Part shown: positions 9,044-18,655 of the stretch, piece after piece
Position numbering within the stretch: the first letter of the stretch is position 1
Layout of the letters: each line of letters begins with the position of its first letter
NCBI GenBank assembly: GCA_030627705.1
Contig: DAOVTE010000001.1
Location: 1 to 41,842 of the forward strand
Reading direction: 5' to 3'
Origin: Bacteroidales bacterium
GTDB taxonomy: Bacteria; Bacteroidota; Bacteroidia; Bacteroidales; JAFGXI01
DNA length: 41,842 nucleotides
Notes under the pieces: model-generated
What the model saw: only the letters and a program-made list of their open reading frames with translations
The model's database searches: none
What the model was told of the DNA's origin: nothing
Translations under genes and position numbers: made by a program

Positions 9044-9463
9044 ATGGCTAAGATATTATCATATGTTTCTTATTTATTGCTTGCTATAGGTGTAATCTTT
9101 GTTGGATTATTCTTTTTCGGAGCAATGACTGAGTCAGCATTTGCAAACTCATTTATTATTTGGTCATATATATTATTTGGAATTGCTGCACTAGCAGTAT
9201 TAGGATTTTCAATTTTCCAATTAGTATCCAGACCAAAACAAGCAATGGGTGCATTTATAGGTATTGGCGCATTAGGGGTAGTAATTTTATTAAGCTACAT
9301 ATTTGCATCAGGAGAAATACCACAATTTTTAGGATACGAGAAATTTGATATTACAGAAGGCTTATCTAAATATGTAGGAACAGGCTTATGGTCTATGTAC
9401 ATACTAGGAATATTAGCTGTTGTAAGTATTATTTATACAGAAGTATCTAAAGCATTTAAATAA
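9044..9463 (+). CDS. Hypothetical polytopic membrane protein inside the exbB-exbD cluster
   Basis: 139 aa with about four hydrophobic helices. It is tightly spaced between exbB and exbD. Confidence 0.65.
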   Translation: MAKILSYVSYLLLAIGVIFVGLFFFGAMTESAFANSFIIWSYILFGIAALAVLGFSIFQLVSRPKQAMGAFIGIGALGVVILLSYIFASGEIPQFLGYEKFDITEGLSKYVGTGLWSMYILGILAVVSIIYTEVSKAFK

Positions 9464-9482
9464 ACAATAATAATTAAAAATT

Positions 9483-10061
9483 ATGGCAAGACGAGACGCA
9501 CCAGAAGTAAACGCAGGCTCAATGGCAGATATAGCATTTATGTTGCTTATATTTTTCCTTGTAGCTACCACTATGGATGTTGATTCTGGTATATCAAGAA
9601 TTCTGCCGCCAATTATTGAGGACGATGTAGAACCTCCTCCTCCAATTAAGGAACGAAATGTTTTTGTTGTTTTAATTAACAGCAATAATAAATTACTTGT
9701 TGAGGGAAGCCCTTTAGATATTAGTCAGTTAAGAGATAAAGCAAAAGAGTTTATTGCAAATCCTAGCGATTTAGATAATTTGCCAGCAAAAAAAGACGTA
9801 GAAGTTGATTTTTTTGGTTCATATGAAGTATCTAAACAAGTTATTTCTTTACAAAACGATAGAGGTACATCTTACAAAATGTATATAAAAGTTCAGAACG
9901 AATTGGCCGCAGCATACAACGAGCTTAGAGACGAATTATCTTTACAAAAATTTGGTAAACCTTACAGCGAATTATCTAAGGATAAAAGAAAAGCTGTAAA
10001 AAGGATTTTTCCACAAAGGATATCCGAAGCAGAACCTAAAAATGTAGGAGGAGCAGAATAA
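9483..10061 (+). CDS. exbD: ExbD/TolR family biopolymer transport protein
   Basis: 192 aa. N-terminal ExbD signature (EVNAGSMADIAFMLLIFFLV) with a single TM helix. Confidence 0.85.
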   Translation: MARRDAPEVNAGSMADIAFMLLIFFLVATTMDVDSGISRILPPIIEDDVEPPPPIKERNVFVVLINSNNKLLVEGSPLDISQLRDKAKEFIANPSDLDNLPAKKDVEVDFFGSYEVSKQVISLQNDRGTSYKMYIKVQNELAAAYNELRDELSLQKFGKPYSELSKDKRKAVKRIFPQRISEAEPKNVGGAE

Positions 10062-10534
10062 TGGCAAAATTTGGAAGAAAAGGAAAAGGAGGAATGCCTG
10101 CTATTTCCACATCATCGTTACCCGATATTGTATTTATGCTTTTATTCTTTTTTATGGTAACCACTGTAATGAGAGAAACTACATTAAAAGTAAAGAATGT
10201 TGTGCCTTATGCTAGCGAAATTAAAAAGCTAGAAAAGAAATCATTAGTTTCTTATGTTTATGTAGGAGAACCAAAAAAAGCTTTTCAGCACATACACGGA
10301 ACAGAAGCAAAAATTCAATTAAATGATGCTTTTGCTAAAATTTCTGATATTGCAGACTGGATAATAAGCGAAAGACTAGAAAGAGACGAGAAAGAAGTTC
10401 CTTTTATGACAACATCGCTTAAAGTAGATTCAAAAACAAAGATGGGGATTGTAACAGATATTAAGCAAGCTTTAAGAAAAGCAAGTGCACTAAAAATAAA
10501 CTATTCAACAAAAAAAGAAGTGCCTGTTGAATAA
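10061..10534 (+). CDS. exbD: ExbD/TolR family biopolymer transport protein (second copy)
   Basis: 157 aa. Carries SSLPDIVFMLLFFFMV. The start overlaps the preceding stop. Confidence 0.85.
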   Translation: MAKFGRKGKGGMPAISTSSLPDIVFMLLFFFMVTTVMRETTLKVKNVVPYASEIKKLEKKSLVSYVYVGEPKKAFQHIHGTEAKIQLNDAFAKISDIADWIISERLERDEKEVPFMTTSLKVDSKTKMGIVTDIKQALRKASALKINYSTKKEVPVE

Positions 10535-10560
10535 TTAAGTTTAGAATTTCATAATAAAAA

Positions 10561-10591
10561 AAGAGGATTTTATTTAAAATCCTCTTTTTTT
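10561..10591 (+). terminator. Rho-independent terminator after the exbBD cluster
   Basis: aagaggatttt-attt-aaaatcctctt hairpin followed by a T-run. Confidence 0.75.
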
Positions 10592-10610
10592 GTTTTTACA
10601 TATCATTTAT

Positions 10611-10618
10611 TATTTTTG
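10611..10618 (+). promoter_or_regulatory. TAnnTTTG -7 motif candidate upstream of the MBOAT gene
   Basis: TATTTTTG, 52 nt upstream of the ATG at 10671. Confidence 0.3.
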
Positions 10619-10670
10619 TGTAAGCGATTATATTATTTACTTTACAAAATATTGATTAATTTAAGAATAA

Positions 10671-12113
10671 ATGCTTTTTAATTCAATAGAGTTTACAATT
10701 TTTTTACCTATAGTTTTTCTGCTTTACTGGATTGTTTCAAGTAAACATATAAGATTTCAGAATTTATTACTTGTTGCATCTAGCTATGTTTTTTATGGTT
10801 GGTGGGATTGGCGGTTTTTGTCTCTAATTATATTTTCTTCCTTAATAGATTATATAATTGGCATTAAATTATCTAATGCAAATAGAAACAGAAGACTACT
10901 TCTTTTTGCTAGTATTGCAGTTAATATAGGCTTACTAGGGTTTTTTAAATATTTTAATTTTTTTGCAGAAAGTTTTAGTAGTGCATTTACTTTATTAGGA
11001 CAGCCAATAGATGTATCTAGATTAAATATTATTTTACCTGTAGGAATTAGTTTCTACACGTTTCAAACTTTAAGTTATACAATAGATGTTTATAGACGAA
11101 AGTTAGAATCTACAAAAGACATTGTTTCATTTTTTGCATTTGTGAGTTTCTTTCCGCAATTAGTGGCAGGACCAATAGAACGAGCAACAAATCTATTACC
11201 ACAGTTCTATAAAAAAAGGAAATTTGATTACACAAAAGCCGTTGATGGTATGCGACAAATTTTGTGGGGACTATTCAAAAAAATTGTAATTGCAGATAAT
11301 GCCGCAATTTATGTTAATGATATTTTCTCGAATTATACAGACTATTCAGGAAGCATGCTTATTATGGGTGCAGTATTTTTTGCAATTCAGATTTATGGAG
11401 ATTTCTCGGGTTATTCTGATATAGCAATAGGTACAGCAAGGCTATTTGGATTTAATCTTATGAAAAACTTCGCGTTTCCATACTTTTCGCGAGATATTGC
11501 AGAATTTTGGCGACGTTGGCATATTTCATTATCCACTTGGTTTAGAGATTATCTGTATATCCCTTTAGGAGGAAGTAAAGGAGATAACTACAAAAAGACA
11601 CGAAATATATTTGTAATTTTTTTGATAAGTGGATTCTGGCATGGCGCAAATTGGACTTTTATAGCATGGGGTTTAATAAATGCTTTGTATTTTCTGCCTT
11701 TAATGATTTTAAACCAGAATAGAAAAAATACTAATAGTGTAGCAGAAGGTAAACATCTTCCAAATATTAAAGAATTTGCGCAGATTATTTTAACCTTTAG
11801 CTTAACAACAATTGCTTGGATATTTTTTAGATCAGAAACAATTACAGATGCATTTTTGTATATTGAGAGTATATTTATTAATAGTTTTTTTGTTATAATT
11901 CCATTTCAAGAAACTAAATTATTGATTTACATATTATTAATTTCATTCTTTATAATAATAGAATGGATAGGCAGAGAGAAAGAGTTTGCAATACAATTTA
12001 TAAATAATAAACAAAGCAAAATATTAAGGTGGAGTTTTTACGTAATAATAATTTATTTTATTGGAATGTATATGCCAGCAGGTGAAACACCATTTATATA
12101 TTTTCAATTTTAA
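10671..12113 (+). CDS. MBOAT family O-acyltransferase (AlgI/DltB-like)
   Basis: 480 aa, polytopic. Carries the MBOAT motifs FWRRWHISLSTWFRDYLYIPLGGS and SGFWHGANW, which includes the conserved His. Confidence 0.9.
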   Translation: MLFNSIEFTIFLPIVFLLYWIVSSKHIRFQNLLLVASSYVFYGWWDWRFLSLIIFSSLIDYIIGIKLSNANRNRRLLLFASIAVNIGLLGFFKYFNFFAESFSSAFTLLGQPIDVSRLNIILPVGISFYTFQTLSYTIDVYRRKLESTKDIVSFFAFVSFFPQLVAGPIERATNLLPQFYKKRKFDYTKAVDGMRQILWGLFKKIVIADNAAIYVNDIFSNYTDYSGSMLIMGAVFFAIQIYGDFSGYSDIAIGTARLFGFNLMKNFAFPYFSRDIAEFWRRWHISLSTWFRDYLYIPLGGSKGDNYKKTRNIFVIFLISGFWHGANWTFIAWGLINALYFLPLMILNQNRKNTNSVAEGKHLPNIKEFAQIILTFSLTTIAWIFFRSETITDAFLYIESIFINSFFVIIPFQETKLLIYILLISFFIIIEWIGREKEFAIQFINNKQSKILRWSFYVIIIYFIGMYMPAGETPFIYFQF

Positions 12114-12118
12114 ATTAA

Positions 12119-13051
12119 ATGATTTTTAAATTTTTAAATAAAATATTAATATTTATTCTGTTTGTATCAACAGTTTACATTTTGTTAATAATTGTTTCTG
12201 GTTTATTTCTGCCAGAAGAATTAACAACAAACTTAAATTACCGAATAGGTTCAAACGGACATATGTTTTCTAGAACAAAAGAAATAGATAAACATAAAAA
12301 TATAGATATTCTTTTTCTAGGTTCGTCGCATGCATACAGAGGTTTTGATACCAGAATATTTAAAGAAAATGGATTGTCAAGTTTTAATTTAGGATCGAGT
12401 TCGCAAACACCAATACAAACAAACGTATTGCTAGAGAGACATATAAAAGAAATTAACCCCAAAATAGTAATTTACGATGTTTATCCAGATGCAATGGAGT
12501 CTGATGGTGTAGAAAGTTCAGTAGATATTATTGCAAATTCAAGAAATGATTTTTTAAGCATAAATATGGCTTATAAAATAAATAATATTAAAACATACAA
12601 TACATTGCTGTATGGGTTTTTTAGAGATATTATGAACTTAAATAGCGACTTTGTTGAAGAAAAGATAAAAGAAGATGATTTATATATTAATGGCGGATTT
12701 GTAGAAAGAAAGTCGATTAGCAAAAGTTTATCAATAGCAGAAGAAGAAGAAAGAAATTGGGTTACAAATAAATCTCAAATAATTGCTTTTGAAGATAATT
12801 TAGAGATTTTAAAACGTAATAATACCAAGGTAATATTAGTGCAGACACCATACTTAAACTACGATAAATATTTAAACAACGATTCAATAAATAGATATTA
12901 CAATAAACTTGGTATTCCGTATTATAATTTTAACGAGATTTTAGATTTATCTAACGATTATTATTATGATTATTCGCACTTAAACCAGCAAGGAGTAGAG
13001 ATCTTTAATTATAAACTAATATCAATTTTAATAGAAAAAGAGCAGTTGTAA
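12119..13051 (+). CDS. Membrane-anchored DltD/AlgJ-like accessory protein of the MBOAT (tentative)
   Basis: 310 aa. N-terminal TM helix and an LFLGSSHAYRGFD block reminiscent of SGNH/DltD-type GSS motifs. Only a 5-nt gap separates it from the MBOAT gene. Confidence 0.45.
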   Translation: MIFKFLNKILIFILFVSTVYILLIIVSGLFLPEELTTNLNYRIGSNGHMFSRTKEIDKHKNIDILFLGSSHAYRGFDTRIFKENGLSSFNLGSSSQTPIQTNVLLERHIKEINPKIVIYDVYPDAMESDGVESSVDIIANSRNDFLSINMAYKINNIKTYNTLLYGFFRDIMNLNSDFVEEKIKEDDLYINGGFVERKSISKSLSIAEEEERNWVTNKSQIIAFEDNLEILKRNNTKVILVQTPYLNYDKYLNNDSINRYYNKLGIPYYNFNEILDLSNDYYYDYSHLNQQGVEIFNYKLISILIEKEQL

Positions 13052-13096
13052 AATAAACTTGTAAAAAAGTTTAGAAAAAAAGCTTTGTTTTAATAC

Positions 13097-13104
13097 TAAA
13101 TTTG
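13097..13104 (+). promoter_or_regulatory. TAnnTTTG -7 motif candidate upstream of the PorZ-like gene
   Basis: TAAATTTG, 51 nt upstream of the ATG at 13156. Confidence 0.3.
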
Positions 13105-13155
13105 AATAAGTTTAGTTTCTAAAATAATATTAACTTTTATTATAGATAAATAAAA

Positions 13156-15483
13156 ATGAAAATAATAACTAATACATTATTAGTAATAATAATATTCCTT
13201 TTAAATGGCAGTTCATATTCTCAAATTGCTGTAGGGCAATGGCGCGAACATTTTTCATATTCAAAAGGTTATAGAGTTACCGAAACAGAAAATAAGATTT
13301 ATTGTGCTACTAAAGGAGGATTTTTTTCTGTCGATAAATCTGATAATAGCCAAACCGAGCGATTATCAAAAGCTAGCGGATTATCAGATGCAATAGTTAC
13401 GGCAATAACTGGGGATATAAATTCAGACCTAATTGTTATTGGATACGAAAATTCTAATGTTGATATTATTAATGATGGAATTATTACGAATATTCCAGAT
13501 ATTAAAAATAAATTAATTACAGGAAATAAATCTATTTTCCATATTAATATAATCGATGATTTAGCTTATTTATCTTGCGGTTTTGGTATTGTAGTTATAG
13601 ATTTAATAAAAAAAGAGATTAAAGATACATATTACATTGGTAAATTAGGTGATGATATTGAAGTATATCAGACAACTAATAGTGATGAATATATATATGC
13701 TGCAACACAAAATGGGATATTTAAAGGTGAAATTAGTAACTCTAATCTTGTTGATTATGCAAACTGGACTCAATTAAATTTTTTACCAAATTTCAACAGT
13801 AAATTCGGAGGTGTAGAATTATTTAACGATACTTTATATACATGGGTGGATAACGAAACATATAAACAAGATACTCTTTATTCGTTTACAGAAAATGATA
13901 CTCTTTGGCAATTACCAGATACTAACAAGCAAGAAATTTCAGGACTAAAATACTCAAATAATAATTTATTAATTATGAGTAAATATGGTTTCTATAAGTG
14001 CAATACAGAAGGAGCTTCAAGTACAATTTCTGGTTATTTAGGTAAAGCAAGACCCAAAGATGCAATTTATACAACAGATAAAGAGTATTGGATTGCCGAC
14101 GATGTACAAGGTTTAGTTCTAAAAAACAGTATTTATTCAAGAATTAAATTAGATGGTCCATTAAGCACAAACATTGTTAAAATATTAGCAACCGAGGGAA
14201 CTGTTTGGAGTGTGCCGGGTGGTGTAGACTCTAAATATACTAACCTATGGAATAGTGGTGAAGTAAATGTTTTTGAAGATCAATCTTGGGAAACAATCAA
14301 TAAAGACAACACAGATGGAATGAGCACTTTAAGAGATTTTGTTGATATTGCTATAGACCCAACAGAACCTGGTCGTTTTTACGTATCGTCGTGGGGGCTT
14401 GGTGTTGCTGAGTTTCAAGACAATAATTTTGTTGCGAATTATAATGACACAACCAGTACATTACAAAATATTTTTGGTGCAGGATCTCCTTATGTAAGAA
14501 CTTGGGGAATAGCTGTTGATAATAACAAAAACCTTTGGGTTACAAATTCTAGCGTTACTAATACTTTATCAGTAAAGAAAAATAATGGAGATTGGGTAGC
14601 ATTCCCATATGGAAGTTATTTAGGAAAACCAGAGATAGGAGAATTAATTATTACCCAAGAAAATCATAAATGGATGGTATTGGTAAGAGGTGGTGGAATG
14701 TTTATATTCTACGAAAACGAAACTATTGACGATAATACAGATGATTCGTATAAAAGAATAGATATAGCAGACGAGAATGGAAAAATAATTTCTAACGATA
14801 TTTATTCTGTAACTGAAGATTTAAATGGTGTTGTTTGGGTAGGAACAAACAAAGGTTTAGTGATTTATCAAAATGCTTCGCAAGTTTTCTCAGGAGAGAA
14901 TTTTTATGGACAACAAATTCTAATTCCTCGCAACGATGGAACTGATAATGCAGATATTTTATTAGGAACAGAAACCGTAAATTCTATAGAAGTAGATGGA
15001 GCAAACAGAAAATGGATTGGAACACAGAAATCGGGAGCTTACTTAATATCAAGTGATGGGCTAGAAGAAGTATATCATTTCACTATGGAGAATAGTCCTT
15101 TGCCATCAAATGAAATTATTACCATTGGAATAGATGAACTAACAGGAGAAGTGTTTTTTGGTACAGCTAAAGGAATTGTGTCGTTTAAAAGTACAGCAAC
15201 ACAAGGGAATAAAGAGTTTACTGATGTTTATGCTTACCCTAACCCTGTAAAACATGGATACGAAGGTGTTGTTACGATTAAAAATTTAGTAACAAATTCT
15301 AATGTTAAAATTACTGACGTTTCTGGAAATATTGTTTTTGAAACTACAGCGCTAGGAGGACAAGCAATTTGGAATACTAAAGACTTTAATGGAAATAGAG
15401 TACAAACAGGAGTGTATTTAGCATTCTGCACAAACGAAGATGGATCTAAATCGCATATTACCAAAATACTTGTAATAAACTAA
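13156..15483 (+). CDS. porZ: Two-propeller surface protein with T9SS C-terminal domain (PorZ-like)
   Basis: 775 aa. Signal peptide, then the N-terminal WREHFSY motif and repeated propeller-like blades. The C-terminal ~85 aa (VYAYPNPV...GVYLAF...ILVIN) resemble a T9SS sorting domain. Size and layout fit PorZ. Confidence 0.55.
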   Translation: MKIITNTLLVIIIFLLNGSSYSQIAVGQWREHFSYSKGYRVTETENKIYCATKGGFFSVDKSDNSQTERLSKASGLSDAIVTAITGDINSDLIVIGYENSNVDIINDGIITNIPDIKNKLITGNKSIFHINIIDDLAYLSCGFGIVVIDLIKKEIKDTYYIGKLGDDIEVYQTTNSDEYIYAATQNGIFKGEISNSNLVDYANWTQLNFLPNFNSKFGGVELFNDTLYTWVDNETYKQDTLYSFTENDTLWQLPDTNKQEISGLKYSNNNLLIMSKYGFYKCNTEGASSTISGYLGKARPKDAIYTTDKEYWIADDVQGLVLKNSIYSRIKLDGPLSTNIVKILATEGTVWSVPGGVDSKYTNLWNSGEVNVFEDQSWETINKDNTDGMSTLRDFVDIAIDPTEPGRFYVSSWGLGVAEFQDNNFVANYNDTTSTLQNIFGAGSPYVRTWGIAVDNNKNLWVTNSSVTNTLSVKKNNGDWVAFPYGSYLGKPEIGELIITQENHKWMVLVRGGGMFIFYENETIDDNTDDSYKRIDIADENGKIISNDIYSVTEDLNGVVWVGTNKGLVIYQNASQVFSGENFYGQQILIPRNDGTDNADILLGTETVNSIEVDGANRKWIGTQKSGAYLISSDGLEEVYHFTMENSPLPSNEIITIGIDELTGEVFFGTAKGIVSFKSTATQGNKEFTDVYAYPNPVKHGYEGVVTIKNLVTNSNVKITDVSGNIVFETTALGGQAIWNTKDFNGNRVQTGVYLAFCTNEDGSKSHITKILVIN

Positions 15484-15496
15484 TAGCAAGTATAAG

Positions 15497-16222
15497 ATGT
15501 TATATAAAACCAAAGGCATTGTTCTAAATACCTTTAAATATGGTGATAATAGTATTATTTCGTCTATTTACACCGAACAATTTGGAAGGTTATCGTTTTT
15601 GGTAAATGGAGTTCATAGTAAAAAATCTAAAACTAAGATTAATAACTTTCAACAATTATTTATTCTCGATCTAGAAATATATTATAAAGAAAACCGGAAT
15701 TTACAGAAAATCAAAGAAATAAAAGCAGATTTTATTTTAGAAACTATACCATTTGATATTGTAAAAAGTTCACAAGCCATATTACTATCAGAGGTTTTAA
15801 CTAAATCGCTAAAAGAAGAAGAAGGTAACAAAGGCTTATATGAATTTTTATATAATTCTATCAGGTATCTTGACATAGCTGAGGAAGGTAAATCAAATTT
15901 TCATTTGCTGTTTTTATTAAAACTAACTAAGTATTTGGGCTTGTTGCCAAAGAATAATTATTCAATGTATTTCCCAATATTTGATATAGTTAATAGCGAG
16001 TTTGTCCAAAATAGTACAGAACTAGAAACTCAATTAAATCCACAACTAAGTTTATTAATTAGTAAAATGCTAAGTCTAGATTATAATAATTTGCAAGAAA
16101 TAAAATTGAATAAGGAGAAAAGAAATAGCCTTTTAGAGAAAATCTTATTATATTACAAACTACATATTCCAGAGTTTTATGAAATAAAATCATTAAATGT
16201 TTTTAAGGAAGTTTTTAGTTAA
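15497..16222 (+). CDS. recO: DNA repair protein RecO
   Basis: 241 aa. The N-terminal OB-fold region KTKGIVLNTFKYGDNSIISSIYTEQFGRLSFLVNG is typical of RecO. Confidence 0.8.
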   Translation: MLYKTKGIVLNTFKYGDNSIISSIYTEQFGRLSFLVNGVHSKKSKTKINNFQQLFILDLEIYYKENRNLQKIKEIKADFILETIPFDIVKSSQAILLSEVLTKSLKEEEGNKGLYEFLYNSIRYLDIAEEGKSNFHLLFLLKLTKYLGLLPKNNYSMYFPIFDIVNSEFVQNSTELETQLNPQLSLLISKMLSLDYNNLQEIKLNKEKRNSLLEKILLYYKLHIPEFYEIKSLNVFKEVFS

Positions 16223-16233
16223 GGATAATTAAA

Positions 16234-17295
16234 TTGAAAGATAAAAAAACAATATTATTAAGTCCATTAGATTGGGGGTTAGGTCATACAACTAGATTAA
16301 TACCAATAATAAATTCTTTAATAAAAGACAATAATATTATTTTAGCTGCTAGTGGAATTTCGTATGAATATTATAAGAGTTATTTTCCGCAGATAAAACT
16401 AATTAAGATTAAAGGATATGATATAAAATATTCTAATCGTAATTTAATAGCAAAGTTAATTTTACAGATTCCGAGAATATTTTTTATTATATATACTGAG
16501 CATAAAATTCTTAAGAAATTAATTAATAAGTATAATATAGATACAGTAATATCTGATAATAGATACGGGTTATGGAATAAAAAAATAAAATCAATTTTTA
16601 TTACTCATCAAATAAATATTAAGACAAGCAAAAACAATTGGTTTATAGAAAAAATTATTTATAAAATCAACTTATTTTTTATTAATAAGTTTGATTATTG
16701 CTTAATTCCAGATCTTGAAAATTCATTATTTACCGGAGAGCTCACGAACAAATATCCTTTGCCAAAAAACTCAAAATTTATAGGATTACTATCAAGATTT
16801 AATGGAATATTAGACAATAAAAAACAAGAATTTGACAAATACGATGTGTTTGTAATAATTTCTGGGCCTGAGCCACAAAAAACAAATCTACAAAAAATAT
16901 TAATAGAGCAATTAGATAAAACAGCTTATAAAGTTTTAATAGTTAATGGTTCAATAAATAATAATATTCAATTAATAAATAATATAAAAATAGTTCCTAA
17001 CCTTTCTGATAATGAAATCATTTATCATTTAAAAGAGTCAAAATATATAATTTCAAGGTCTGGTTATTCAACAATAATGGATTTGTTTACAATTAATAGA
17101 ACTGCAATATTAGTGCCTACTCCTAAACAAACAGAACAAGAATATCTTGCTGAAATACATAATAAAAACTTTGTTATTTGCAAACAAGAATATTTTAATT
17201 TTAATGACCTAAAAAAACAGTTTGATAATTTTAATAATTTTGAACAACAAATATTAAACAATAATCTTTTAGAAAAGCTAAAGTATTATATTTAG
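16234..17295 (+). CDS. GT-B glycosyltransferase (MurG/GT28-like)
   Basis: 353 aa. N-terminal LDWGLGHTTR glycine-rich loop and a C-terminal SRSGYSTIMD motif. The apparent start codon is TTG. Confidence 0.65.
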   Translation: MKDKKTILLSPLDWGLGHTTRLIPIINSLIKDNNIILAASGISYEYYKSYFPQIKLIKIKGYDIKYSNRNLIAKLILQIPRIFFIIYTEHKILKKLINKYNIDTVISDNRYGLWNKKIKSIFITHQINIKTSKNNWFIEKIIYKINLFFINKFDYCLIPDLENSLFTGELTNKYPLPKNSKFIGLLSRFNGILDNKKQEFDKYDVFVIISGPEPQKTNLQKILIEQLDKTAYKVLIVNGSINNNIQLINNIKIVPNLSDNEIIYHLKESKYIISRSGYSTIMDLFTINRTAILVPTPKQTEQEYLAEIHNKNFVICKQEYFNFNDLKKQFDNFNNFEQQILNNNLLEKLKYYI

Positions 17296-17300
17296 TTTTT

Positions 17301-18479
17301 TTATTTGAATGATGATATTTTTGTAATATCAAAGCCTGTAATTAATAAATGTATATCGTGAGTTCCTTCGTAAGTAATAACCGACTCTAGATTAATCATA
17401 TGTCTCATAATAGGATAATCGCCAGAAATTCCCATTGCACCAAGAATTTGCCTAGATTCTCTAGCAGTATTCAATGCCATTTGAACATTATTTCTTTTAA
17501 TCATTGAAATTTGAGATGGAGTAGCACGATTATCATTTTTTAAAGTCCCAATTCTCCACGCCATTAGTTGTGCTTTTGTGATATCTGTTAAGATTTCAGC
17601 TAATTTTTTTTGCTGTAACTGAAACGAGGCAATTGGTTTATTAAACTGTTTGCGTTCTAGCGCATAATTTAATGCAGTATCGTAGCAATCCATTGCAGCC
17701 CCAATTACGCCCCAAGCAATTCCATATCTAGCAGAATTTAAACACTTCATAGGTCCTTTTAAACCTTTAATATTTGGAAGGATATTTTCTTTAGGAATTT
17801 TCACATTTTCAAAAACTAATTCACCAGTAATAGATGCCCTTAGCGACCACTTATTGTGAGTTTCAGGAGCAGAAAAGCCACTCATTCCTTTTTCTACTAT
17901 TAAGCCTCTTACAATTTGCTGCTCGTCTTTTGCCCAAACAATAGCAATATCTGCAATTGGCGAATTAGTAATCCACATTTTTGCGCCATTTAATAGGTAA
18001 TAATCGCCTTTATCAACAATATTTGTTTCCATAGCACCAGGATCTGAACCATGATTTGGCTCGGTTAAACCAAAAGCACCAACTAATTCTCCACTAGCAA
18101 GCTTTGGTAAATATTTTTGTCGTTGTTCTTCGTTTCCAAACTCAAAAATAGGATACATTACAAGCGATGATTGCACAGATGCAACTGATCTAATTCCAGA
18201 GTCTCCACGTTCAAGTTCCTGCATTATTAATCCATATGATATATAATCTAATCCTGCTCCTCCATATTTTAATGGGATATATGGACCAAATGCACCTAAA
18301 GCACCTAATTGTTTAATAATTTGTTTTGGAAATTCGTGTTTGTGATTTGCTTCATCAATAATGGGCTTTAGCGATCTGTTAACCCAATCTCTAATTGATT
18401 GTCTTATTAACTTATGTTCACTACTGTAGAAATCGTCAAGGTTGAAATAGTCTACCGATTTATAATTGTTGTAATTCAT
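17301..18479 (-). CDS. Acyl-CoA dehydrogenase (glutaryl-CoA dehydrogenase-like)
   Basis: 392 aa. Carries FGLTEPNHGSDPGAMET, the ACAD middle domain and a C-terminal YEGTHDIH. Confidence 0.85.
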   Translation of the reverse strand: MNYNNYKSVDYFNLDDFYSSEHKLIRQSIRDWVNRSLKPIIDEANHKHEFPKQIIKQLGALGAFGPYIPLKYGGAGLDYISYGLIMQELERGDSGIRSVASVQSSLVMYPIFEFGNEEQRQKYLPKLASGELVGAFGLTEPNHGSDPGAMETNIVDKGDYYLLNGAKMWITNSPIADIAIVWAKDEQQIVRGLIVEKGMSGFSAPETHNKWSLRASITGELVFENVKIPKENILPNIKGLKGPMKCLNSARYGIAWGVIGAAMDCYDTALNYALERKQFNKPIASFQLQQKKLAEILTDITKAQLMAWRIGTLKNDNRATPSQISMIKRNNVQMALNTARESRQILGAMGISGDYPIMRHMINLESVITYEGTHDIHLLITGFDITKISSFK

Positions 18480-18655
18480 ATCAAGAAAAATATTTATTGT
18501 TGTAAATATAGCAAGTTAATTAATAACCCTTTAAGTTTATAATAATTAATGTACGTAATTTCTATTATTTCAATTATTAAATACTCTTGATAATAAATAA
18601 TAAAGTATTAATAGTTGATAATTCGTTTGTAATTTGTGCAGAATAATACCAGCTA

